This document shows positions 56,991-64,000 of a DNA stretch of 64,000 nucleotides, one piece after another. Under the pieces are notes generated by a model. That model was not told the DNA's origin. It saw nothing but the letters and a program-made list of their open reading frames with translations, and did not search any database. The translations under genes and the position numbers were made by a program. The stretch lies in IMG/VR virus record IMGVR_UViG_3300027963_000040. One strand, written 5' to 3'. The first letter of the stretch is position 1, and each line of letters opens with the position of its first letter. This DNA comes from a virus.

Positions 56991-59882
56991 ATGGCAAATA
57001 CAAGTAATATGTCCTCGGAAACTGCAAGAAGAATGGCAATGGGTTTGTCTCCTTCTACCTTTAGAAGAGAAAGTGGCAAGGTTACAGAAAACGATATTCA
57101 AGAATTTCTCGCAGAGACCAGAGCTATGGTTTCAAAAAGAATGTCTGCCGACGAAGTCGAAGATTTTATGTACGATTTCGAAAAAAGAACACGTGCAGAA
57201 AATCCAATCAAACAACCTGTAAAGAAACCAAAAAGAGGTAGAAAAAAACTACCAACCAAACCAAAAATCGATTTGGGTGATTCGGTTGTTATTGTCGATA
57301 AAAACGAAAATGTTAGCACTGTTGTTCCTGCAGAAGCAAAACCTCAGGGAAACGTTCCGTTAGAGGCTAAGACGCAAGAACGTCAAAGCGATCGTCAAAG
57401 TTTCAAAGGAATGGCGAAATCTGGAGTTCTAGGTTTAGGTTCTGCAGCATTCAATAAAATGTTTCCGACTCTCGGTAAAGGATTGGATACTCTAAAAAGC
57501 AGATTAGAAAAACAAGAGAAAAACACAGCAGACAACAACACTGCGAACAAATCTTATTCGCGTCAAGTCGAACGTTCTTCGATTTTCCTCAATACTATGT
57601 CGGAAAATCTGAATAAAACAAACGACATATTACAACAGATATTGGCTGTTGTAAACAGAAATGCAACGAATAATCAAGTGCCTGCTGCAGCTGGTGGTTT
57701 GGGAGGGATCCCTAACATCGATTTACCAGATGGAAACAGAGGTGGGTCGCAACAGAGAAGAACCCAAACCGTACCAGATACTTCTCCTCGCGCAAAACCT
57801 AGAATGAGTCTCGGTAGAGCAGGTATGTTTGGCGGAATTGCTGCAGGCGTAGCTGGTTTGGGAGCTTGGGCATATAGTGCTTTCAGTGGTCGTGGAGAAG
57901 ACAATGCACAACCAGAACCTCCGCAAGCTGCGCAACCAGTACCACAGGATGCACCACCAGCATCAAAACCAACCCCGCAGGCTACACCGTCAGTATCTCA
58001 GTCACCACCTGCAGCTGCTCCCGGAACAGAATACGATATCACAACTGGAGCTCCGATTGGCGCACCAGCTGCTAGAGTGCAAACACCACCACAAGCTGCC
58101 ACACCAGCAGCTACACCAACGCCAGCTACGACCGAATTGACTCCGAGACAAAGAGGTATGGTCGATAGATTTTTGAGAAGTAAACAACTACAGGAAGATC
58201 AAACCGCTAGGGAACTTGCAGAAAATATTGTTACAAGAATAAGACAAACTAACAGTTTAAGCTTAGATGAGCGTAGTTTAGACAGCAATTATACGAGAAT
58301 AAGAATTGGTCAATCGCCCATAGGTATGTTGATCGCACACCAACCCGTAATACCTGGTCAAATATTCACTAGCAATCAAATGCGCGCTATTGGAGATGGT
58401 ATTATGATGAACGGCAGGCAACATTATCCAGCCGTTGTTTTAGAACAATACGATAGACAAAAAAACGGAAACGCTACGCCAGAACCAGCAGCTGCGCCAG
58501 CACCGGATAGCGCGACTACAGCGCAACCTTCAACGAATGAAGTAGCTGCATCAGAATCTAGACCTGGTATTAGAATAGGTAGAGAAATAGGTGAATCTTC
58601 AAGAGTAGCTGCCCCACCACCAACTGCTACAACACCAGCGCCAGTAGTACCACCAGCTGGAAACGAGACAGAAGATCAAATATACAACAGACTACTACAA
58701 GAGCAACCGGAAAACTTCAGAAACAATATTGATGTTCAGAACGATGCTAGAGCTGAAGCAAGGCTGAGAGCTAGAGCGAGACAAGCTTCACAAACAGCCA
58801 CTCCAGTTTCAGCACCACCAGGACCGGTTACAGAACAAACAGCAACTCCTGAAGCTTCTGGTGCTGTAAACCCTATGACTGATCCGAGTGGATTCAACGC
58901 ACGTATTCTGAATGTTCGAGCTCAAGAGATATTATTCAAAGCTGATAAGTTTGAATATTCAGAAGGGTTTCAGTTAGCTACTGGTTCGCCAACTCCTACT
59001 CCTGGTCCTGCTGCCGGTGCTGAAGGACCTTCCTCCGCTGGCGGTGCAACTCCTGGTCCTACTCCAGCAGCGACTACAGGTATGGCTAGTGCAGCTTCAC
59101 CAGCAGGTGTACCTGGAGTTACACAAATCGGATCAGCCAATATCACTGGTCTTGATTTCGCAGCTGGCGTTGATCAGAGAATCAACCCTGGTATCGCAGA
59201 TAAGACGAAAGAAATCCAATCTGCTTTCGGTAAGAAGCTAACCGTGACGAGCGGATTCAGAGACCCAGCTAGAAATGCCAGAGTCGGTGGTGCAGGTGGT
59301 TCAAAACATCTGACCGCTGATGCTGTCGACGTTCAGTTTCCTGGTAACCAACAGGAAACCATTGATCTTATCAAGGTGGCTTCCGAAAAAGGTGCTGGTG
59401 GTATCGGCGTATACAGACCTGGTTTCTTGCATATAGATACCGGAGCAAAACGCGTATGGGGTCCGGATTATAAAGCAACGAGCATACCTGATTGGGCTAA
59501 ACCCGCTCTTGATGAACATATGGGTAAACCTGCCTCTAAAGCAGGAGGTGGAGCGGCTGCGGGTGGAGGGGAAACTGCAAGCCCAATGCCAGGCGGTCAG
59601 CAACAAGCCGCAGCTGGAGCAGCATCTCCTTCAGCGCCAGCGGCAACTCCAGAGCCTTCAATGCCTTCTTCTGGAGCGGCAATGTCTTCGGCTTCTGTTG
59701 CTGATGAAACAGCTTCCAGACCAAGCGCAGGACCAACAGCACCACCACCTGATACAACAGCACCTATAACCGCAGCGCCACAGAGTCCGAGCCTACCAGG
59801 CATTGATCCTAATAATCCAGGATCTGTTGAACCTGCGGATGCTGGAATACGTTACTCAAGATTGTTCAACATCGCGGCATAA
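56991..59882 (+). CDS. Pro/Ala-rich tail/hub protein with peptidase M15 (Zn peptidoglycan peptidase) domain
   Basis: VTSGFRDPARNARVGG...SKHLTADAVD...GIGVY...FLHIDTG. Confidence 0.82.
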   Translation: MANTSNMSSETARRMAMGLSPSTFRRESGKVTENDIQEFLAETRAMVSKRMSADEVEDFMYDFEKRTRAENPIKQPVKKPKRGRKKLPTKPKIDLGDSVVIVDKNENVSTVVPAEAKPQGNVPLEAKTQERQSDRQSFKGMAKSGVLGLGSAAFNKMFPTLGKGLDTLKSRLEKQEKNTADNNTANKSYSRQVERSSIFLNTMSENLNKTNDILQQILAVVNRNATNNQVPAAAGGLGGIPNIDLPDGNRGGSQQRRTQTVPDTSPRAKPRMSLGRAGMFGGIAAGVAGLGAWAYSAFSGRGEDNAQPEPPQAAQPVPQDAPPASKPTPQATPSVSQSPPAAAPGTEYDITTGAPIGAPAARVQTPPQAATPAATPTPATTELTPRQRGMVDRFLRSKQLQEDQTARELAENIVTRIRQTNSLSLDERSLDSNYTRIRIGQSPIGMLIAHQPVIPGQIFTSNQMRAIGDGIMMNGRQHYPAVVLEQYDRQKNGNATPEPAAAPAPDSATTAQPSTNEVAASESRPGIRIGREIGESSRVAAPPPTATTPAPVVPPAGNETEDQIYNRLLQEQPENFRNNIDVQNDARAEARLRARARQASQTATPVSAPPGPVTEQTATPEASGAVNPMTDPSGFNARILNVRAQEILFKADKFEYSEGFQLATGSPTPTPGPAAGAEGPSSAGGATPGPTPAATTGMASAASPAGVPGVTQIGSANITGLDFAAGVDQRINPGIADKTKEIQSAFGKKLTVTSGFRDPARNARVGGAGGSKHLTADAVDVQFPGNQQETIDLIKVASEKGAGGIGVYRPGFLHIDTGAKRVWGPDYKATSIPDWAKPALDEHMGKPASKAGGGAAAGGGETASPMPGGQQQAAAGAASPSAPAATPEPSMPSSGAAMSSASVADETASRPSAGPTAPPPDTTAPITAAPQSPSLPGIDPNNPGSVEPADAGIRYSRLFNIAA

Positions 59883-59932
59883 AAAAAGACGCCGAACAAC
59901 TACTTTCGAAAAAAGTAGCCGAACGGCGTCTT
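59881..59932 (-). terminator. Long-hairpin terminator after gp32, between convergent genes
   Basis: Minus strand GACGCCG-UU-CGGCUACUUU-loop-AAAGUAGUUG-UU-CGGCGUC followed by U7. Confidence 0.8.
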
Positions 59933-59953
59933 CCCCTGGCAGGACTCTAGAGT

Positions 59954-60889
59954 TTAGGTAGCGAGCTTCTTCAGCTTTGCAAAGAATGCCGTATCATCAT
60001 CGTCATCATCGGATGTTGAAGGAGCAGCTGCTGTGCGCTCCTGCTTAGGAGCCTGCCAAGGCAGATCGTCCTCATCTTCAGCAGGCTTACGAGATGCCGC
60101 TGCCGCCCGAGCAGCCGAAGGAGCTACGCTCCCATTATCATTCAGACCCAGAACCTTATTCAGCTTCGCCTTCAGTTCCTCATAGGTCTTGAAGTTAGAA
60201 GGAGCAAGGAAAGCCTGCAGCGAGTGTTCTTGCTTCCAAACCGACTCCATCTTATCGTCGTCTTCAAAGAGTGGTTCTGCCGAAGAGAATTCTGACTTAT
60301 CGTAGTTGCGATAACCATCAACGTTACGAATCTTCAGCTTGAAGTTTGCACCAGTCCAAAGATCGAACGGGTTCATCGGCTTCTCATCCGCATACTGCGG
60401 GTTCATAGCATCGTTCAGCTTGTCGTAGATCTTCTTACCGAACTTGAACAGAAACACCTTACCGTTATTTTCCGGATTAGCCTGATCCTGAATGATGTAG
60501 ACATTGGCAATATAATTCATCTTACGCTTCTGAGCACGAGCCTGTTTACGACTCGCGGACTCATCATCGCTGGACATATTCCAAAGAACGCTGTTCATCT
60601 CTGCAACAGGGTCGGTCTTACCGATAGTTGTCAGGCAGTTTTCGATATACCAGCTTCCGGTCGGACCCTTGAAGCCATGCTCGAACATCCGAATGAACGG
60701 AACTTCTTCCTCGCCAGGAGCGGGAAGGAAACGAATAACGGCATAACCGTTACCAGCCTTATCGACGTTAGGATACCAGAAGCGAGTGTCCTTGCCGCCA
60801 TCGTTTTGTTGATTCAGCTTTGCCAGTTCTGCTGTCAGCTTCTCAAGAGACTGACCGCCACGCTGAGCCTTGAGTTTTGCAAAATCCAT
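59954..60889 (-). CDS. gp32: Single-stranded DNA-binding protein
   Basis: DKAGNGYAVIRFLPA, WYIENCLTT, NFKLKIRNVDGYRNYDKSEF and an acidic tail. Confidence 0.97.
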   Translation of the reverse strand: MDFAKLKAQRGGQSLEKLTAELAKLNQQNDGGKDTRFWYPNVDKAGNGYAVIRFLPAPGEEEVPFIRMFEHGFKGPTGSWYIENCLTTIGKTDPVAEMNSVLWNMSSDDESASRKQARAQKRKMNYIANVYIIQDQANPENNGKVFLFKFGKKIYDKLNDAMNPQYADEKPMNPFDLWTGANFKLKIRNVDGYRNYDKSEFSSAEPLFEDDDKMESVWKQEHSLQAFLAPSNFKTYEELKAKLNKVLGLNDNGSVAPSAARAAAASRKPAEDEDDLPWQAPKQERTAAAPSTSDDDDDDTAFFAKLKKLAT

Positions 60890-60956
60890 ATGTATTCTCC
60901 GTATGTTTTGTGTATTTGTATAATCGTATGTCTTGTGTAGGAGTTTCCTCCAACAC

Positions 60957-60990
60957 TATTTATACTACGCCTTTTCAACGAAAAAGTCAA
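60957..60990 (-). promoter_or_regulatory. Composite sigma70 (TTGACT-17-TAGTAT) plus late (TATAAATA) promoter for gp32
   Basis: -35 at 60985-60990, -10 at 60962-60967, overlapping TATAAATA at 60957-60964. Confidence 0.75.
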
Positions 60991-61552
60991 GCACTATTTT
61001 GTTGACCTTTTCTTTGTCGTAATTAACGAATGGCGTGTATTTCTTGATCAGCTGACCGATCTCTTGCCAGATGACATCTTCTTTTAGCTGTTTGTTCCAA
61101 TACCTATAACACCCTACAAGATCCGTTAGGATACAGGCTGTTTCGATATTGATTTCGCCACCAAGATACAAAACCAAAAGATGACTTAACTGGCGATCTT
61201 CGATAGCAAAATTACGATCAAAAGGAAACTGTAGTTTGCTCAAATCTTTTTGTAACAGACAAGTCAAACTCTCTTTTCGTTTTAACCAATCCTGATAGGT
61301 TTTTTCTGCCCCATCGGAATATGCTATGTCGCGTATCCAAGTCTTCGGATACTTGACAAAATTAGCAAGCATGAAACCATGCGGGTCTCTATGCTTGGCA
61401 ACCTTCTCGAAAAAGAATTTATCTTTGCGCTTACTGAAAGAATTTTCAGCATCTCCTCTAACCTTACCGTAGTATTTGAAATAATCATAAGAGGAGCTGT
61501 TGAAATGTCTACGTAGAGCCATGTAGTCTTGGTATACCTCTGACGGAGTCAT
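60965..61552 (-). CDS. gp59: Helicase loader
   Basis: YMALRRHF...YDYFKYYGK...KRKDKFFFEK; T4 gene order gp33-gp59-gp32. Confidence 0.92.
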   Translation of the reverse strand: MTPSEVYQDYMALRRHFNSSSYDYFKYYGKVRGDAENSFSKRKDKFFFEKVAKHRDPHGFMLANFVKYPKTWIRDIAYSDGAEKTYQDWLKRKESLTCLLQKDLSKLQFPFDRNFAIEDRQLSHLLVLYLGGEINIETACILTDLVGCYRYWNKQLKEDVIWQEIGQLIKKYTPFVNYDKEKVNKIVLDFFVEKA

Positions 61553-61554
61553 AT

Positions 61555-61806
61555 TCAGATTGGCAGCTTTGCTGTCTTCTTAAGGATGTTGAGGTTTTCT
61601 GCTTCAATCTGAATCATAGACTTCATCATAGGATCCTTCTTGATTAGAGTTGCAGCAAACTCAACTTCGACGTTGTTGATGTCACACCAATGAACAACAG
61701 CGTCGATGTATTCCATGTTATTTTCATTACAAAGTTTTCTTACGTCTGAAGAGAATGTTAGACACTTGGCTGGGATTTCTTTATCTGTTAATTCTAGCTC
61801 AATCAT
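61555..61806 (-). CDS. gp33: Late transcription coactivator
   Basis: YIDAVVHWC...IEAENLNILKKTAKLPI; likely start 61806. Confidence 0.88.
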   Translation of the reverse strand: MIELELTDKEIPAKCLTFSSDVRKLCNENNMEYIDAVVHWCDINNVEVEFAATLIKKDPMMKSMIQIEAENLNILKKTAKLPI

Positions 61807-61808
61807 TT

Positions 61809-62432
61809 TCAATCCCATAGAGATTCATAATACTTGGCAAACAGACGCAGACCGTTTCTCATACGCTCTTTATGTTTTTCAAGACCCTTATGGTCGATTT
61901 TAAATGTATCGTTCGGACCATTGACCAGCTTGTCATCAATGATTTTAAAATCACTCATGCCAGAATAATAAGATTCTTGCCAATCCTCTCTGGCATGCTG
62001 CCTAAAAGCCCAGGTCATTTCACTGAGAACCCAAGCCCAACGAGCCTCTGCGTGAGCGTCCGTATGACCGCAATTCTTCTGTTCTTCAGACAATTCAGGA
62101 GCGGAGGTCGACTTGATGTTGTCGGGAACATCGTCGTCATCCACATAAGGATAACCCTGTTTGCTTTCCTGCAGCTTCTCAAGCATAGGAACCACGATCA
62201 ACGCAAGAGTGTTATCCATGTTCCATACGTCGTAACCGTGAATATGAACGCAGATCTTACGCTGCCGTTTCTCGTAAATCCACTCGCAGAATTTACGAAA
62301 CCATTTGACATCGTTAAGTTTCTCGCCCAGCTTCAAAACGAAATCTGAGTGAGGATCCTTCCAAAAGAAGATCTTCTGAACGATCTGATACGGACCAATC
62401 CAGTCTCTATACGGTCCGATGTTAATTTTCAT
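61809..62432 (-). CDS. Conserved phage hypothetical protein
   Basis: 207 aa; YDVWNMDNTLA and GLRLFAKYYESLWD. Confidence 0.75.
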   Translation of the reverse strand: MKINIGPYRDWIGPYQIVQKIFFWKDPHSDFVLKLGEKLNDVKWFRKFCEWIYEKRQRKICVHIHGYDVWNMDNTLALIVVPMLEKLQESKQGYPYVDDDDVPDNIKSTSAPELSEEQKNCGHTDAHAEARWAWVLSEMTWAFRQHAREDWQESYYSGMSDFKIIDDKLVNGPNDTFKIDHKGLEKHKERMRNGLRLFAKYYESLWD

Positions 62433-62694
62433 TTGAATCTCCGGTCACATGAACGCGAGCCAGTTTCTGTTCGCGAGTCCAGTCAACAAGATAATCGTTC
62501 AGTTCGTCATGAACGCGGATAGCTTCTTCGTCATCGATTTCGCGAGAAGAAACAACCATTTCACCTAGATGCATCTGACCAAACTCATCAGCCTCTTGCA
62601 TATGGACACTGTCTTCCGCCCATTCTTTTTTTTCAGTATCAACCACATACACCACGCGATACTGAGACAAAGCTTCAACTAGAAACTTAGCCAT
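62422..62694 (-). CDS. Hypothetical protein
   Basis: 90 aa; AGGAG SD. Confidence 0.7.
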   Translation of the reverse strand: MAKFLVEALSQYRVVYVVDTEKKEWAEDSVHMQEADEFGQMHLGEMVVSSREIDDEEAIRVHDELNDYLVDWTREQKLARVHVTGDSNEN

Positions 62695-62716
62695 TACGAT
62701 CTGTCTCCTTTTTCAA

Positions 62717-62893
62717 TCATTGGCGTCGTGTGACGCAGCTCATATCTAAATCTGTACCATTCAAAACTGATACAATAACTTCGACGGTTCGCATATCTTC
62801 AAGACATGCCTCGACAGAATTCGATGTCAAGCTGATGTTCATGGGGCTGCCTCCCAGCATGAATGTTATAAGAAGCACTGTAAAAAATTCCAT
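62717..62893 (-). CDS. Small hypothetical protein with a signal-like N-terminus
   Basis: Likely start MEFFTVLLITF at 62893 with AAGGAG SD; the longer ORF-track version overlaps a tRNA. Confidence 0.55.
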   Translation of the reverse strand: MEFFTVLLITFMLGGSPMNISLTSNSVEACLEDMRTVEVIVSVLNGTDLDMSCVTRRQ

Positions 62894-62917
62894 GATTTTC
62901 TCCTTTCGCGATAAGAA

Positions 62918-63011
62918 TGGTAGTCCCACCCGGAATCGAACCGAGACCGCGCTCCAATCCAGAGCATACCCAGTGTATAAGGCTGGCGTTCTACCGTTAA
63001 ACTATGGGACC
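62918..63011 (-). tRNA. tRNA with UAU anticodon (Ile by anticodon) and long variable arm
   Basis: GGTCCCA/TGGGACT acceptor, A73 plus encoded CCA, loop CTTATAC, ~24-nt variable region, GGTTCGATTCC T-arm. Confidence 0.75.
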
Positions 63012-63026
63012 AAACTAAAAATCAAT

Positions 63027-63153
63027 TGTGGCAGGTGAGGTATCTCCATGCGATCCACAGAACCGATGGTTCCCATTCTCCTTTTACGGATGATCAGTCC
63101 GCTCTACTGTTCTCGAGACTTGCGTAGCCATACAGTAGACTTTACTTACCACA
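63027..63153 (-). ncRNA. Structured ncRNA candidate between tRNAs
   Basis: Complementary ends (TGTGG.../...CCACA) and internal stems TCTACTGT/ACAGTAGA, GCGGA/TCCGT and GAACC/GGTTC; strand is inferred from the flanking tRNAs. Confidence 0.5.
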
Positions 63154-63159
63154 AACTTT

Positions 63160-63232
63160 TGGACCTGGTAGGACTTGAACCCACAACCAAACCGTTATGA
63201 GCGGTCCGCTCTAACCATTGAGCTACAGGTCC
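63160..63232 (-). tRNA. tRNA-Ile2 (CAU, lysidine type); Met not fully excluded
   Basis: GGACCTG acceptor, loop CTCATAA, no encoded CCA; resembles bacterial Ile2 rather than initiator Met. Confidence 0.85.
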
Positions 63233-63540
63233 TCAATCGAAAGCGCCTTCCGCAGTTCTTCGTAATAGCTTTTCGTATTTTCTAAATCTAACGAACTGAA
63301 AAAGAACAACACTGCACCTAGGAAAAAGAGACTGAATGACGCAGCTAAGCCAAACACAAAATAACTCGCAGCTGCTACGATCAATATCGCGTAAATATGC
63401 AGTTTCAAATCTCCGATGAAGTTTTCGTAGTCTTCATTTTGCTTAATCGTTACAGCTATAACAGCTGCAGCAAAAGACTTAGCGAAGAAATACAAAAAAA
63501 CGTTAACGAAAACAATCAGCAAGACCGAAAGCATTATCAT
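63223..63540 (-). CDS. Membrane hypothetical protein
   Basis: 2-3 hydrophobic segments; GGAG upstream; stop codon lies inside the 5' end of the CAU tRNA. Confidence 0.55.
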   Translation of the reverse strand: MIMLSVLLIVFVNVFLYFFAKSFAAAVIAVTIKQNEDYENFIGDLKLHIYAILIVAAASYFVFGLAASFSLFFLGAVLFFFSSLDLENTKSYYEELRKALSIEDL

Positions 63541-63551
63541 CTCCGAAAAAA

Positions 63552-63627
63552 TGGCGGACCTGGAGGGAATCGAACCCCCATCGTACAGCTTAGAAGGCTG
63601 ATGCCTTATCCGTTAGACCACAGATCC
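63552..63627 (-). tRNA. tRNA-Arg (UCU)
   Basis: GGATCTG/CAGGTCC acceptor, loop CTTCTAA, GGTTCGATTCC, encoded CCA. Confidence 0.92.
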
Positions 63628-63634
63628 ATAAGTA

Positions 63635-63663
63635 ATTATACCCTACTTCCGGGTAAAAGTCAA
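63635..63663 (-). promoter_or_regulatory. Near-consensus sigma70 promoter for the tRNA cluster
   Basis: TTGACT (63658-63663), 17-nt spacer, TATAAT (63635-63640). Confidence 0.85.
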
Positions 63664-63920
63664 TCGTTAATTTGGAACACCGAGAACCGAACACCTGGGT
63701 TTGATTCTGGCTTATACACACTGGCGTAAGACTCTTTACCACCACCGAGGCTGGGTAGAGTTACAACATAGCACTTTTCGATAGCTCTCCAGGGTGTCAT
63801 TACGTTCTTGTAATAACCGTAGCAAGGTTCTAGTCCATCTCGGTCACCGTTCTTGTTCTTACGGTAGTCAGGGACTCGGACTCGATGTCCATCGATAATC
63901 GTGAAATCGTAGCTTGTCAT
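63660..63920 (-). CDS. Hypothetical protein
   Basis: 86 aa ORF; AAGGT and TATAAATA immediately upstream. Confidence 0.5.
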   Translation of the reverse strand: MTSYDFTIIDGHRVRVPDYRKNKNGDRDGLEPCYGYYKNVMTPWRAIEKCYVVTLPSLGGGKESYASVYKPESNPGVRFSVFQIND

Positions 63921-64000
63921 TTATTTATACCTTCAACAGAATGGTGTTTTCGTTAACTCGATGCTGTAGCACGCAGGTCTTGAGCGAGGCTATCATCTTA

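Noticed and set aside
63027-63153. Hammerhead ribozyme
   Set aside because: The loop is CUGAUCA rather than CUGAUGA, and no correctly placed GAAA core was found.
63160-63232. Initiator tRNA-fMet
   Set aside because: It has a paired G1-C72 and lacks the three consecutive G-C pairs in the anticodon stem; it looks like Ile2.
1-64000. Stop-codon reassignment (alternative genetic code)
   Set aside because: Conserved genes are full length in the standard code and end in TAA, TAG or TGA at the expected positions; no suppressor tRNA was seen.

Overview
This window is the morphogenesis (late) region of a T4-like myovirus. The minus strand carries head genes (gp21, gp67, gp20), tail tube and sheath (gp19, gp18), terminase (gp17, gp16), neck genes (gp15, gp14, gp13, with a GIY-YIG homing endonuclease between gp13 and gp14), a large fibre cluster and baseplate genes (gp8, gp7, gp6, gp25, PAAR, a split gp5, gp53, gp48). 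The plus strand carries gp4, gp2, gp54, gp26/gp51, a holin and two paralogous Pro/Ala-rich proteins with lysozyme or M15 peptidase domains. gp32, gp59, gp33 and a tRNA cluster follow on the minus strand. T4 late promoters (TATAAATA) precede many of the structural genes. The main finding is a RiPP-like modification cassette at the distal end of the fibre operon (12.7-16.9 kb): two Asn-Cys-repeat proteins with a fibre-associated N-terminus, a radical SAM/SPASM enzyme, a GNAT acetyltransferase and two Asp/Asn-hydroxylase-like 2OG-Fe(II) oxygenases. I infer that the phage chemically modifies its own receptor-binding tips. Other notable signals are a very high N-X-S/T sequon density in exposed virion domains, a likely -1 frameshift fusing gp26 and gp51, a gp14 start that is out of frame at a T8 run, a long-arm tRNA(UAU) next to a tRNA-Ile2(CAU), a structured ncRNA candidate and a gene-32-type autoregulatory leader. 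All family assignments come from motif recognition and gene order; no database searches were run.
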